Positions 12,070 through 23,444 of a stretch of DNA of 64,000 nt are shown here, one piece after another. Location of the stretch: contig MU054323.1 of NCBI GenBank assembly GCA_013239625.1, positions 8,359,220 to 8,423,219 on the forward strand, written 5' to 3'. The translations under genes were made by a program, and so were the position numbers. Position 1 is the first letter of the stretch; every line of letters begins with the position of its first letter. The notes below the pieces were generated by a model. That model saw nothing but the letters and a program-made list of their open reading frames with translations. It made no database searches and was not told the DNA's origin. Origin of the DNA: Lama guanicoe (Eukaryota).

Positions 12070-12160
12070 ATGGGGCCGCGCCGGAGCCGCAAGCCCGAAA
12101 CCCCAAGGAGGCGCACCGCGAGCCCGCCTCCCGCCGCCCCCCGGCCGCGCCCCTCCTTAG
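12070..12160 (+). CDS. CENPA: CENPA coding exon 1 (centromeric histone H3 variant, N-terminal tail)
   Basis: Strong Kozak context GCCATGG. Translates MGPRRSRKPETPRRRTASPPPAAPRPRPSL(G). Donor AG|GTAACC at 12161. Confidence 0.95.
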
Positions 12161-14379
12161 GTAACCCTCCCCGATCCCTTTCCCTCCGCGCCGGCCTCCC
12201 TGCAGCCCGTCTGTGAGGTGGGCATGGCCAGGTCCGCCTGCCCATTTCACAGGCAAAAACAAACAAAAAACAAAAATCCGAGGCTCGCTTGCTTAGCCTG
12301 GGATCGAGCCCCAGCTCCCGCCTCTCGGTCCGCTGGGCATCCTCTGCAGGGGCGCAAAGCGGTTCTGCCGTCCAGCATCTGCTCGCGGACTGCCCAAGTT
12401 CCAAGGCCGGGGAGGGACTGGGGAAGGCAGTTCCGAGGATGAGAAAGGACGGCCCAGACAACCTGCCTCCAATGACTCATTCTTGATTCTACTAGCATGT
12501 GTTGAGTGCTTACCGCTATGTAGACATTGTGTTAAATTCTTTACATGAATTAACTCAACTTTATATTGTGCCCAATTTACAGATTAGACAACTGAGGCAC
12601 AGACAGCCGTGGTATCTTGAACAAAGTGACACAGCTTGTTCCAACAGACACAGGATTTTTTTAAATAAGTGTTTAAGTTGCAAAATTATTGGCTGCTTTT
12701 TGTGACAATTTCAAACAACAGTTTTACTTTTAGAAGGTGCCCTTCCAGGTTTTGGGGTTTGGTTTGGTTTTTTCCTTCAGTGAATGGCTATGTTGGCCTT
12801 AACCAAAGTGCTCTAATCAAGCAGTGCTCTCACCTTGTTCCTTCCAGAGGTGATGTGCTGGGAAAGAAGACCCCACTGTGGTCCTCAGTTTCTGTGCCGT
12901 GGTCTGGTGGATGGAAGACCCAGGAATAAGAAGTGTATACTGTGGCAACAGCTGCTTTACTTGTCTTCCGCTATGTAGCTAAGAGCTGGGTGAAAAAAAG
13001 TATTATAGATTATTTATAGATGTTTCAGTTTGTGACTGGGATTCTTTTCCTTTCCTAAACCTAAATAACCTTTGCCTCCAGCTAACTTGCTGAATTCTCA
13101 TGTGAGTCCTAATAGTCCTACAGTTACTTTAATTTAAAATTTTAAGTAGGCTATTTTACTGTCTGCAAATAATGACTTTTGAATCTTCTTTTTCATTTTT
13201 ATACATTTTATTCTTACTGTATTAGTGAGGCCCTGAGACTAGTGTTGAAATAAGAGCAGGGTTTTGGTCATCTTTGTCTCATTCATAATTTTAATGGGAA
13301 TATTAATTATGATGTTCCCTGTTTCCTGATGTAGAAGCATCCTTACAACTCCAGTCCCCTCATTCACTCTGGGCTGATGATGACCTTGCCTCATGCTTCC
13401 CTGAGGAAATAGAAGCCTCCAGACTGGATTCCCCTTTATCTTCTCATGACAGAGAAGCTTGGTGTCCCCTTTCCATCAAAAGGTCCTCCTCTTCCTCCTC
13501 CATGAGCTCTTGGCTATATTCGTTTGTCACCTTCCCAGGGGCTTTCTGTTATCCTTTCCACCTGCACTTAGAATTAAATTCATGCTCCTTTCCTTGGCAT
13601 TCCACAGATGTGCTCGGCTATTTCTGATCTAAAGGGCAGGAGTGTTGCCTTATCCCCACACCCTTGCCTCCCTGATACTCCCCGTCTCTCTCTACTGCCC
13701 TTCATAGCTACCTTTTTTTTTTTTAATGGAAATCCAAATATGCAATCCAGTGACAATATTTTAGATAGGATGGTATGAGTGCAGTGGTATTATAACCACT
13801 GAATGTCCCTGCTTGAAGGATACAGGTGAACAGATAATATATGAACCCGAAGAAAAGGCTCTTGTGTAGTCGTTGGAAAGCTCCCCTCCAAGCTCATCAT
13901 AATTTTTTTTAGGGATTGTCATTTTCCTTCATGATATTTTTTGATGAACAGAAGTTCTTAATTTTTTTTTTATCAAATTGATGCATCTTTCCTTTTTTGG
14001 TTTGTACACTTTGTATCTTGTTTAAGAAGTCCTACTTCAAGTTTTAAAATATATTATTTTATATTATTTGCTAAAGGTTTTTAAATTTTGCCTTTCTCAT
14101 ATGTTATCAGTCCACCAGGAATTGATATTTTGTGTATGGTGTGAAGTAATAATATGATTTTATTTTCCCCCATACCATCATTATTGTCTCACTTGTTATT
14201 TAGACACAAGTTTATTAAGTAGTCCAAAAACTGCATTTTATTATTTTGAACTGAGTTTTCGACTAGAGGTGTTTTGGAGGGGGGTGTTGCATAAGAACGT
14301 TACATCCATAACTTGTTTATTGTGCTTTATTGTGTGCACTTACATCACTACTCTTTGCAAAACAGCCAGACTTAAGTCT

Positions 14380-15290
14380 GACACATCTGTCTGTTTCCCC
14401 TTTTCCCAGCCACCCTTCAACCCATTCCAATCTGACTCCCACAACCATTACCCCTACTTCTACTTGAACTCCTCTTGTCAAGATCACCAGCTACTTTCAT
14501 GTTGCCAACTCCAGACAAGCCTGTGTCCTTCTCTTACCCAGTCTCAGAAGATCTGACTCAGCGGGCCATGTTTTCCTTGAAACACACCATCCCCTTGGCT
14601 TCTGTGATACACATACTCTGCAGTTTCTGCTCGGCATTTTTGCTGCCTGTGCTATGTCTCTTCAGCAAGTTGGACTTCTGTGGTCTCCTTTTCCTTTTTT
14701 TCCCTTCCCCAGGTGGGCTCATCCTTTCCTGTGACTCTAATACCACGCATACACTGATAACACTCACATTTATATCTCCAGCCCAGATCTCCCCTTTGAT
14801 CCCTGTACCGGTGTCCAACTGCCTTTCCATTTGACGACTCTTGGGTCTGCCACACTAAACACATCTAAACTGAACATTTTGTTACTCCCCTCCTGCCTCT
14901 TCATCCCCACTTCCCCCATTTCAGGAGATGGCACAGCCCCCCACAGAGTTGTTGAAGCCAGAAGCCTGGGAGAGCTTCTTCATCTTACCCCTACCTTCAT
15001 CCAATCCAAATGTAAGCTCAGGCAGTCCTACCTCCAGATCGCATCCTAAGCATGCCACTTGTTGCCTTCTCAACCCCCACCGCCTAATCCAAGCCCCCAG
15101 CATCCTAACCCAGCTACTACTTCACTTCCACTCTTCACCCTTTTTGGTTCTTTCTTTACACAGCAGCTGGAATGGTCTTGAAATGTAAATGGATTATCTC
15201 TTTGTCCTGCTTAAAGCTCTTCTGTGGCTTCTTATCACTTTGGAATTAAATCCCAATTTATATCAGCACTTCAAGATCCAACTATTGAAT
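14380..15290 (+). mobile_element. LINE-2 fragment in CENPA intron 1
   Basis: Pyrimidine-rich sequence with L2-like motifs (ATATCTCCAGCCCAGATCTC, TGTCCAACTGCCT, CTGCTTAAAGCTCTTCTGTGGCTT). Confidence 0.6.
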
Positions 15291-15351
15291 TTAATCCCAG
15301 TTCCATCCCATGACCTCTCTGATTGGTTGCTTTTCATAAGCATTTGTTCTT

Positions 15352-15887
15352 TTTTTTAAAAAATATATTTTATTGAAGTATAGTGAGTTTACAATGTGTC
15401 AGTTTCTGGTGTACAGCACAATACTTCAGTCATACAGAAACACGTATATTCATTTTCATATTCTTTTTCACCCTAAGTTACTATAAGATATTGAATATAG
15501 TTCTCTGTGCTATACAGTATAAACTTTATGTCTATTTTATGTATATTAGTTAGTGCATGCAAATCTAGAACTCCCAATTTATCTCTTCCCACTCACTTCC
15601 CCACCTGGTAACCATAGTTTGTTTTCTGTGTCTGTGAGTCTGTTTCTGTTTTGTAAATAAATTCGTTTATCTTTTTTTTTTTAGATTCCATATATAAAGG
15701 ATATCATATGGTATTTTTCTTTCTCTTTCTGGCTTCTTCACTTAGCATGACATTCTCCAGGTCCATCCATGTTGCTGCAAATGGCATTATTTTTATGGCT
15801 GAGTAGTATTCCATTGTATAAATATACCACAACTTCTTTATCCAGTCATCTGTTGATAGACATTTAGGTTGTGGCTATTGTAAGCAG
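15352..15887 (-). mobile_element. 5'-truncated LINE-1 with target-site duplication, CENPA intron 1
   Basis: Poly(T) followed by the antisense L1 3'UTR and ORF2 end. 16-bp TSD ATAAGCA(T/C)TTGTTCTT at 15336-15351 and 15888-15903. Confidence 0.9.
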
Positions 15888-17494
15888 ATAAGCACTTGTT
15901 CTTGTTCTTGGGTCATAGACTTCACATCTTCCCCTATCCCTCTGAGGTTATTATGTATATTTCAAAGTCTCTCTCTTCACAGGTCCCTCTTGTACTGGTT
16001 GTTTTGTGTGTTGAGTTTGTTCCTGTCCTTTCATGGTGTTGGCCTTGCTTGGTGATCTTTAGTTGTGCTCATTACACTTCCTGTGACTGCTCTGTCTGAT
16101 TAATAAAGGCTGCCTCCAGTGATGGTGGATTGCAGGCGGGTGATGAGGAGGGAGACAGGTGCCAGCGACTCATCTCCTGGGTATGGGGCCTCCCTCTTTC
16201 TCCTCTTCCTCCTAAAACATCCCCTGGACACTGCCCTGTTTCTCTGGTCCCGGGATAAAGTCTCCACTGCCAGGGCATCCTGCCCTGCCTCTCTGTCCCC
16301 GTTCGCTCTGGTACCTCTTCTCACACTTGGTAATTAGTTCACTGTATTAAATTTTTTCTATTCAGCTACTTGGTGTGGGTTCTCTTCTTGGCTAGACCAT
16401 GAATAACATTTCTGAAGCAAATTTTATTCTTCAAAATGTTAGTTTTTGTGGGGTTTTTCTTTTCAACTTATCAGAAGTCCATTCATTTTTATAGGCTCTT
16501 GGTTTAATTTATGGAGCAACTGTACTGTTTTGGGTTTTGTACTCTTTTTTCATTAACTTAGTTTATTACCCTTAATATTACTTTTACTCTACCTTCTTTT
16601 GGTTTATTTTAATAATTCTCTTCTAAATACGTGAGTTGAACACTTAGCCAAGTTATCTTTTAATGTTCTTATTTTCTGGTAGATAGATCTCAAGGCTGTG
16701 CATTTTCCTCTATTACTATTTGGCTTTATCTCTTGAGTTTTGAGATAGATAGTTTTGATGTAGACTTTTAATTTTTATTCATTTCTAAATAGTCTAATTT
16801 CAATGAAGTATCAAGAGTTAGAAAAATTTTTATTTTTTGTATTCCTGTGTTTTTAATTTCTGATCAGAGAGTTTGACTTTTTTGATTTCTACTTTTTGGA
16901 AATGCTGTTCAGATTTTTTTTCTTGTTTGTTGTTGGAACTAGGCTTTGACTCCAGGGCCCAAAGGCACTGGCACTGAGTTATGCCACTTCTGAGGTCCCA
17001 CCTCAGCCACTAATGAGCTGTGGCCGACTGTCTTCACCTCTCGGGACCTCAGGATAACCGTGGCAAGGGAATTGTACTAGAAAATCTCTCAGATTCCTTC
17101 CAGCTCTTAAAAAAAGACCTAAAACCAAAATAACTTGGTTTCCAATCTCAGTGGGAAAGATAAGAGGAGATACACAGAGTACTGTGGGGCCCAGAGAAGG
17201 GAGGTGACCCATCGGTTTGGAAGGGATTGGGAGTCGGGAAAGGCTGCATGGAAGAGCTGGCATTTAAAATAAGACCTTCAGAGGATCATTTTTCATTCAT
17301 TTACCAAATATTTATTTAGCACCTGTCCGCTGTCCTCCAGCTGCTGAAGATAACTGCAGTGACTACAGCAGACAGAAAGCCCTGTGTCTGTGGAGCCTAT
17401 TATGGCCTACGCTTTGGCAGTTTGACAGCCAGGGTGCAGTGCGTCCCCTCTCTTCCGTGGCATTTTACCCCTATGACCCGACTCTTTTGCTCAG

Positions 17495-17604
17495 GCGCTT
17501 CCTCCCTTCCAGTTCGTCGTCGGAGACATCGGGTACTGAGAGAGATCCGAGTTCTTCAGAAGAGCACACACCTGTTGTTAAGGAAGGCCCCGTTCTGCCG
17601 CCTG
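17495..17604 (+). CDS. CENPA: CENPA coding exon 2
   Basis: TCAG acceptor, GTAAGC donor. Translates (G)ASSLPVRRRRHRVLREIRVLQKSTHLLLRKAPFCRL (alphaN/alpha1 of the histone fold). Confidence 0.95.
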
Positions 17605-18119
17605 GTAAGCTCCAGGAAGCTCCCCGCCAACCCCCGTGTGGCCTCCTGTCTATAAATTTCCCAGGTATTGGGGCCCTGTCATCTCTTGCCCAAAGGGCAA
17701 AGGACCTCTTCTCTAACCTGGCTGGGGACTCTTCTTTTTCTGAAAACATGAGCCCGCCAAGGGCACCTTCCAATTCTTTACAGAATTAATTTCTAACCAC
17801 TACCACCTTTGAAACTGTGTTCTTTGACTGTGTAAACAGGAACCTCTCATCCAGCCACCCTTTCATCCCTTGTCCTGCCCCAGGAGACTGTCTCCTCCTC
17901 TCCCCACCACCAAAAAAAGAAGAGACTTGCTGATTCCTAAGCTCCCTGGACTTGATGCCAGTTACTAGTTAAGTCCTAAGATTAAGGGCCAGGAAGGAAT
18001 AACGGAAATGAAGATTCATGGAGACTTGTGGAGAGAGTCTGTCTTCTCTCGAATCTCCTTTTACTCTCTGCTCCTCCCCACTCCCCTTCTCCCTTGCTCC
18101 CATCCCCACTCCTTCACAG

Positions 18120-18197
18120 GCAAGAGAAATATGTGTTCAATTCACTCGTGGTGTGGACTTCAATTGGCAAGCCCAAGCCCTGTTGGCCCTACAAGAG
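18120..18197 (+). CDS. CENPA: CENPA coding exon 3
   Basis: CACAG acceptor, GTAAGA donor. Translates AREICVQFTRGVDFNWQAQALLALQE, with the CENP-A-specific RG loop and CATD. Confidence 0.97.
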
Positions 18198-18503
18198 GTA
18201 AGACGGGGGCCAAGGTACAATTGGGTGAGGGGTGAGTATGGGGGAAAGGCGTTCTGGAACTCCGAGTGGCTGACTGTAGACTGTCAGGCTGAATCTCACT
18301 TCCTTAAAAAGAGCAACAAGGAACACTCAGGGCGTGGAGGCCAGGTTCTTATTTGGCAGTAGCAGAATTCCCATGCAACGTTCAGTCTCCTTTGTCTTTC
18401 CTATAGTCCTTCAAGCCCTCAGAGACTGAGCTGAGCATGTCTCTAAGCAAAAAGCAGCCCGTGACACCTCGTCTGTCAGTCTTTCTCCTCTTTCTGTCCT
18501 TAG

Positions 18504-18638
18504 GCGGCAGAAGCGTTTCTGGTTCATCTCTTTGAGGACGCCTACCTCCTCTCCTTACACGCCGGCCGTGTTACTCTCTTCCCGAAGGATGTGCAACTGG
18601 CCAGGAGGATCCGAGGCATTCAGGAAGGGCTCGGCTGA
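18504..18638 (+). CDS. CENPA: CENPA coding exon 4
   Basis: TTAG acceptor. Translates [48 protein letters not shown]. Total CDS is 91+110+78+135 = 414 nt, or 137 aa. Confidence 0.97.
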   Translation, partial: AAEAFLVHLFEDAYLLSLHAGRVTLFPKDVQLARRIRGIQEGLG

Positions 18639-19034
18639 GCTCCTGTCGCCTGTGTCTCTGTAAGCCTTTCCTGCTCACCAGAGCATGAGTGCATTTCGGG
18701 GGGAAAGAACAGCCAGCTTCTCATCACTGGGGTGGGAGTTTCTCTGAAAGAATTTTCCTTCTCCATCCTTAGTCCTCTGATGCCTCACCTTCCCTCTGTT
18801 CTTTAGAAAAGATTTGACCAAGTTTTAACTTGAACGCTTGGGATTCTACAGCTCATGCCCTTTTGCACAATGTTAAATAAAGATATCTTTCAATTAAGTT
18901 ATGACCAGACAAGCTGAATCTCTGGCAGAGTTAATCTTCTCCAATTTACAAGGATCCAATGACTTAATGTTGATTAAGTTGAAGCTCTGATGTTTGAAAA
19001 TGCCTTGTTAGTAAGTGTGATTCCTAAATTTCAG

Positions 19035-19790
19035 GGGTGAGACCAGATTCATGGAGTATGAGGTGCTGCCTGGACTTGCTGTCTCTGAGCGGAGTGTGCA
19101 CGTTGCTTTTGTAATTAGTTTTTTTTTTTTAAAGAGATGACTGCATGGCTTTCCTCTGTAACAGAGGTAATATATGAGAAAATGGACACATTTCAGATGA
19201 AGAGACTCCAAGGTTGACTTCACTTTGCAAATTATTCATGTGACTGTTTGATGATTTTGAAGACATCAGATTTTCTAGGTTATGGGAAAAAAGGATATTT
19301 ACTTATTATTTTAGATCTATCTGTACCATTTAAATTTTTTACCATATGTATATTTACTTTTATTTAAAACAGAAGGGGGAAAAGTAAGAGAAGACTCCTT
19401 CAGTCAGTTGCACAGAAGAGCCTGGCACGTCTCACATACAAATCTCTGTCCTTCAGGTTAATTTCATCATTAGTGGCAACAGCGAGTTCCTGTGTGGATT
19501 GTGCCTGTCAACAGATTATAGCTTTTTAAAAACTCGATTGGGATGAAAATAGACAGTCTTTAAGGTGTTGTGATGTTCTGGTTCCTTCGAGTAGATTCCT
19601 ATCAAAATCATTCAGAAATTCTAGCTTGTAGAATTTATTTTATTCTTATTTGCAAACCATAGAAGATGTATCATAATTTATACTTTATATTCCAGGCTTT
19701 TAAAGTGCCTTTTCAATGTTTTTATAGGTATTTTTATAACTTCTTTGTGGAGAAATAATAAAAATAAAAATAATTCTTTAATGAGAAAAA
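19035..19790 (+). other. CENPA: CENPA non-coding terminal exon (3'UTR)
   Basis: TTTCAG acceptor ending at 19034. The AU-rich sequence resembles the recalled human CENPA last exon (e.g. GACTGCATGxCTTTCCTCTGTAACAGAGGTAATATATGAGA) and ends in poly(A) signals. The end coordinate is approximate. Confidence 0.7.
19757..19768 (+). terminator. CENPA: Tandem AATAAA polyadenylation signals of CENPA
   Basis: AATAAA at 19757-19762 and 19763-19768, followed by GT/T-rich sequence at about 19800-19840. Confidence 0.75.
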
Positions 19791-20555
19791 TTAAAGTGAA
19801 GGTACTGTTGCACAGAGATCATACTGTGTTCTTTATGTGTTAGCATCAAGTTCGTCATTTGGACACGTTGCCAAAAGCCACAATTTAAACAAGAGGATTG
19901 AGGGATGTGTTTTTGCCTCCAGTGGAGCAGAGTATGAGTGGATAAAAACTTTGCCCTTCTGTTGTAACTGAAAGCAGTTTAAGAGATTTCCAGAGAAATG
20001 AGAAGTGTCACCCAAAGATTTCTAGGTTTTGTATGCATTGAAAATGATTAGTGAGGGCAGATACTAATAATAATGAAGTGTCAGCCAGCTGAATTCAGAG
20101 GCAAACTAAAGCGAAGAACCAAACTAAAATTTGATAAATTTTAACCCTTTGGAAAAACCTTTTCCTATTCGACATCAGCTCATATTTACATAGACATTCA
20201 AATAAAGCTTCTCTATCTATGCATATACTTAAAATTCTTGTCAGAGTGTTATTCATTAGAAGATTATACCCTTCCCCTAGTTTTCTTTAAATTGATACTT
20301 CTCTGCTCTCCTAAACTTGTGTTCACCAGGACCCGACTACACATGTAGCCATGTCACATTCAAATGCCAGGCGGGATGTGTGCTTTCAGCACCATCGAGA
20401 ATTTATACATGATAGTGTTATATGATATTATTACAATTTACTGCCAACTTTGAGCACTTACCCTTGCTGATGTTATTGGAGTTTTATTTTCATTTCTTTC
20501 TGCTTTCTGGGTGATTTCACCAACATTATCTTCTAACCTTTCTATTGAATTTTTT

Positions 20556-20662
20556 TTTCAAGATTAATATTTCTCGTTTATCTTTTTTTAAACTGAAGTA
20601 CAGTTGATTTACAATATTTCAAGTGTACAGCAAAATCATTCAGTTATATGTATATATATATA
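20556..20662 (-). mobile_element. Very short LINE-1 3'-terminal insertion with TSD
   Basis: TGAAGTACAGTTGATTTACAAT is the antisense L1 terminus (compare 26401-26424). TSD TCT(A/G)TTGAATTTTTT at 20541-20555 and 20663-20677. Confidence 0.7.
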
Positions 20663-20749
20663 TCTGTTGAATTTTTTATTTCTGCTTTCACATTTTTAAT
20701 ATCCAAGAATTCTCTTTTTTTTTTTTTTTGAATGGTTCTTTATTTGTAG

Positions 20750-21300
20750 CATCCCAGTCAGTCAGTGTTTACTCAAAAAAAAAGAAAAAGAAAACAGAAA
20801 CCAATTTGGGTATTTCAAGCAAAGTGGAGTTTAATGGAAGGGGTCGATTAAATGATGTCAAGAGGTCTGGAAGAGCAAAAAGGAAGAGAGGATGCCCCCC
20901 CAAGATCAGAAGCTTCCAGTGCCAGAAGCCCACACATACTCACTGCTGCTGGGCTGGAAGCACGGCCCTGCTGCCACTGCGTTAGAACCACACCATTGCT
21001 ACTGAGCAGAAATCGCGCCCCCACTCCGGACTGTACTGCTGCAACCACCGCTGACAGAGAGGAAGCACCCATCCTCCGCTGCTGCTTCTGCTGCCAAAGG
21101 TGCTACCAAAACCAAAGAAAAATTTCTCCTTTGTGTCCCACCTTCCAGGCCCCGCCGCGTGTTCCGTTTGCAGCACCTGGTCAGAAGCACCTGCAAAGGA
21201 GTCTGGGAGCCCAGCTGGTTGCCTTCTAACCTCCCTGTGTCATGGAGGTGACCCTGCAAGGGTGAGAGTGGAGCTCAGACAGCTGAAAAATGTGATCTGT
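20750..21300. mobile_element. Probable ancient ERVL-type LTR relic (LTR33/LTR41-like)
   Basis: Starts with a CAGTCAG...AAACAGAAACCA...GGTATTTCAA motif and has a CTG-rich interior. Family recalled from memory. Confidence 0.35.
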
Positions 21301-23444
21301 CACATCCCACTCTTGTTTCATGGATGCAATACCATTTTAAGGATATTTATTTTTATTTATTTTTTTATTACAGTTTTTGTCTTCTTTCTGCTGCTTTATC
21401 CTGTTTCCTCTAAGTTGTTTTTGTTTTTTGTGCTCAAGTCTCCCTTTCACTTACGAGGTTTTCCTTTCATGTTTAACAATTCTTGTTTAAGAGTGGGAGA
21501 CAAAGGCTAATGGGTAGTTCTGACCACATTGATGGGGCCTGTTGGAGCTTTACTGTAGAATTGTCAGGTGGGTCTTTTCTGGGGGAGCCCCTGCTCTCTT
21601 AGGCCAGCCAAGTCCCCAGAGGAGAGCTGTCCAACCTCCTGCTTGGACAGCAGAGGCCTAGCTGGGTCTGAGAGCTGAGTGGAGGAGCTTTGAGGATATC
21701 CACATTCAAAGTTCACGGTTCATAAGCTTCCTTAATCTCCCTGGCTGTGGCCTCCCCAAGCCCAGAGACTCGATTTTCTCTTCTCTTGAGAATCAGCCTC
21801 CAGGCTTTGCTGGGATGGGAGGAAGAGAGTCACCCAGTGATTGGGTGGTAGGAAACATTTGGGGACTTCTTTCCTAAACAGCCTTCAACCAGTCCTCTTT
21901 ATGTTAGCCAACCCCACTCACACCCAGCTGTGGAAGTACTTGGTACTCTTTGTTCCTGGGCCTTAGAAAGATTTTGCCAGTACATTGTCATGATGCTCAG
22001 CTTTCCTCACCGCTAGTTTAGGATTCCACTCTCTTGGAAGTCAGTTCCTACTTGTCCATATGCCTTCTTAACTTCCAGGATTTTTATCATTGTTTTTTTC
22101 CTCTCCTGTCCTCCTCATCCTTGTGAATTTATGTTGAGTTTCTTACTGTGTAGATTGGCAGTTACTTTCTTCTTCACATGAGAAAGCTGATTCCACCTTT
22201 CTCTGGTTCTGTTTTTGCGGTTGAGAGGTCAGCAGTCAGTCCAACGGGTGCTCCTTTGAAGCTAATGCTGTTTCTCTGACAGTCTCTTCTTAAAAGATTT
22301 TTCTTTGGTTTTGGTATTCTGCAGTGTCATCCTGCTGTGTCTAAGTGGCATTCATCTTCCTTGGCATTCATTGGGTTTATTGGATGTGGACTGATGTCTT
22401 TCATCAATTTTGGAAAATTCTCGGCCATCCTTTCTTCAGATGCTGCCTCTTCTCATTCTTTCTCCCCTCGTTCTGGGATGCCAGTTATCTGTCTGCTGGG
22501 CCTTCTCACTGTATCCTTGATGTTTCTTTCCCTCCTCTATTCTCCATCTTTAGTCTGTCAGTGCTGCATACCTCCTTGATTCTCCTGTCCTACCCTCTGA
22601 TCCACTGACTTTCTTTCAGCTATGTCTAATCTACTTTTAAACAAGACCATTTTCTTAACTTTGGTGGTTGTATTTTTAGTTCTAGAATTTTTATTTGATT
22701 CTTTTGAAAACTTTTTATAGTTTCTAGTTCCCTGCTGAAAATGTCAGACTTAGCTTTTCTATCCTTTAACAGTGAGCATAGTTGCTTTACAGACTGTGTC
22801 TGTTAACGCTCATGTTTAGACTCCCTGTGGATCTGTTTCTATTTGTGGTTTCTGTTGAATCGCACTCACGTGTTTTTCTCTTTGGTGTTGATTACATTTG
22901 ATGTGATGCCTGACACATCTATGTGAGGAAGTAACTTGAGTTCTAGAATGGTATCTTCCTCAAGGTAGGGTTGGGCTTTTTCTACCAGGTGCCTGGAGGT
23001 ACTAGACATTCAGAACCACCTTGATTCAGTTTTAGGTCTGAGATTTTCTGAGCCACCCAGATGATTCAAAGCCAAGGTGCAGTGTAGGTTGAAATTGCTT
23101 CTCATTCACTTTATTCCTAAGGTACAACCAGCCCTCCAAGTTCTGCTTATCACGCTTACCTTGGCAGGCCTGTACTTCAGCCTTTGTTTCCCTAGCCCTA
23201 CAAGGTTGCCAAAAGCTTAGCTCATTTCTCAGCTACACTTTTAGGACTGGCAGACATCTCCAGGAGAAAGGGTTAGGCTTAATCTGCTGTTAAGCTCACT
23301 TCTAGATTTCCATTCTCCCTTTGGTCTCGGATCAGTAATAACTCATATGTAATCACTATCTTGTTAGCAATTTAATGCTTTTAAGAAAAAATATGTATTT
23401 GTCCAACTTTTTTAGTTGTCTTTAGTGGGAGAGTGATCCAAATG

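Larger units (their letters stand above)
11540..12440 (+). promoter_or_regulatory. CENPA: CENPA promoter / CpG island
   Basis: CpG-dense region around the ATG. Contains inverted CCAAT boxes (ATTGG at 11746-11750 and 11831-11835), E2F-like TTCCCGCC at 11715-11722 and TGAGTCAGC at 11922-11930. Confidence 0.85.

Noticed and set aside
11829..12461. 210-aa antisense ORF over CENPA exon 1
   Set aside because: CpG-island artefact with no coding signature.
20385..20405. TTCAGCACCATCGAGA RE1-like sequence
   Set aside because: The right half is poor and it lies in degraded repeat-like DNA.
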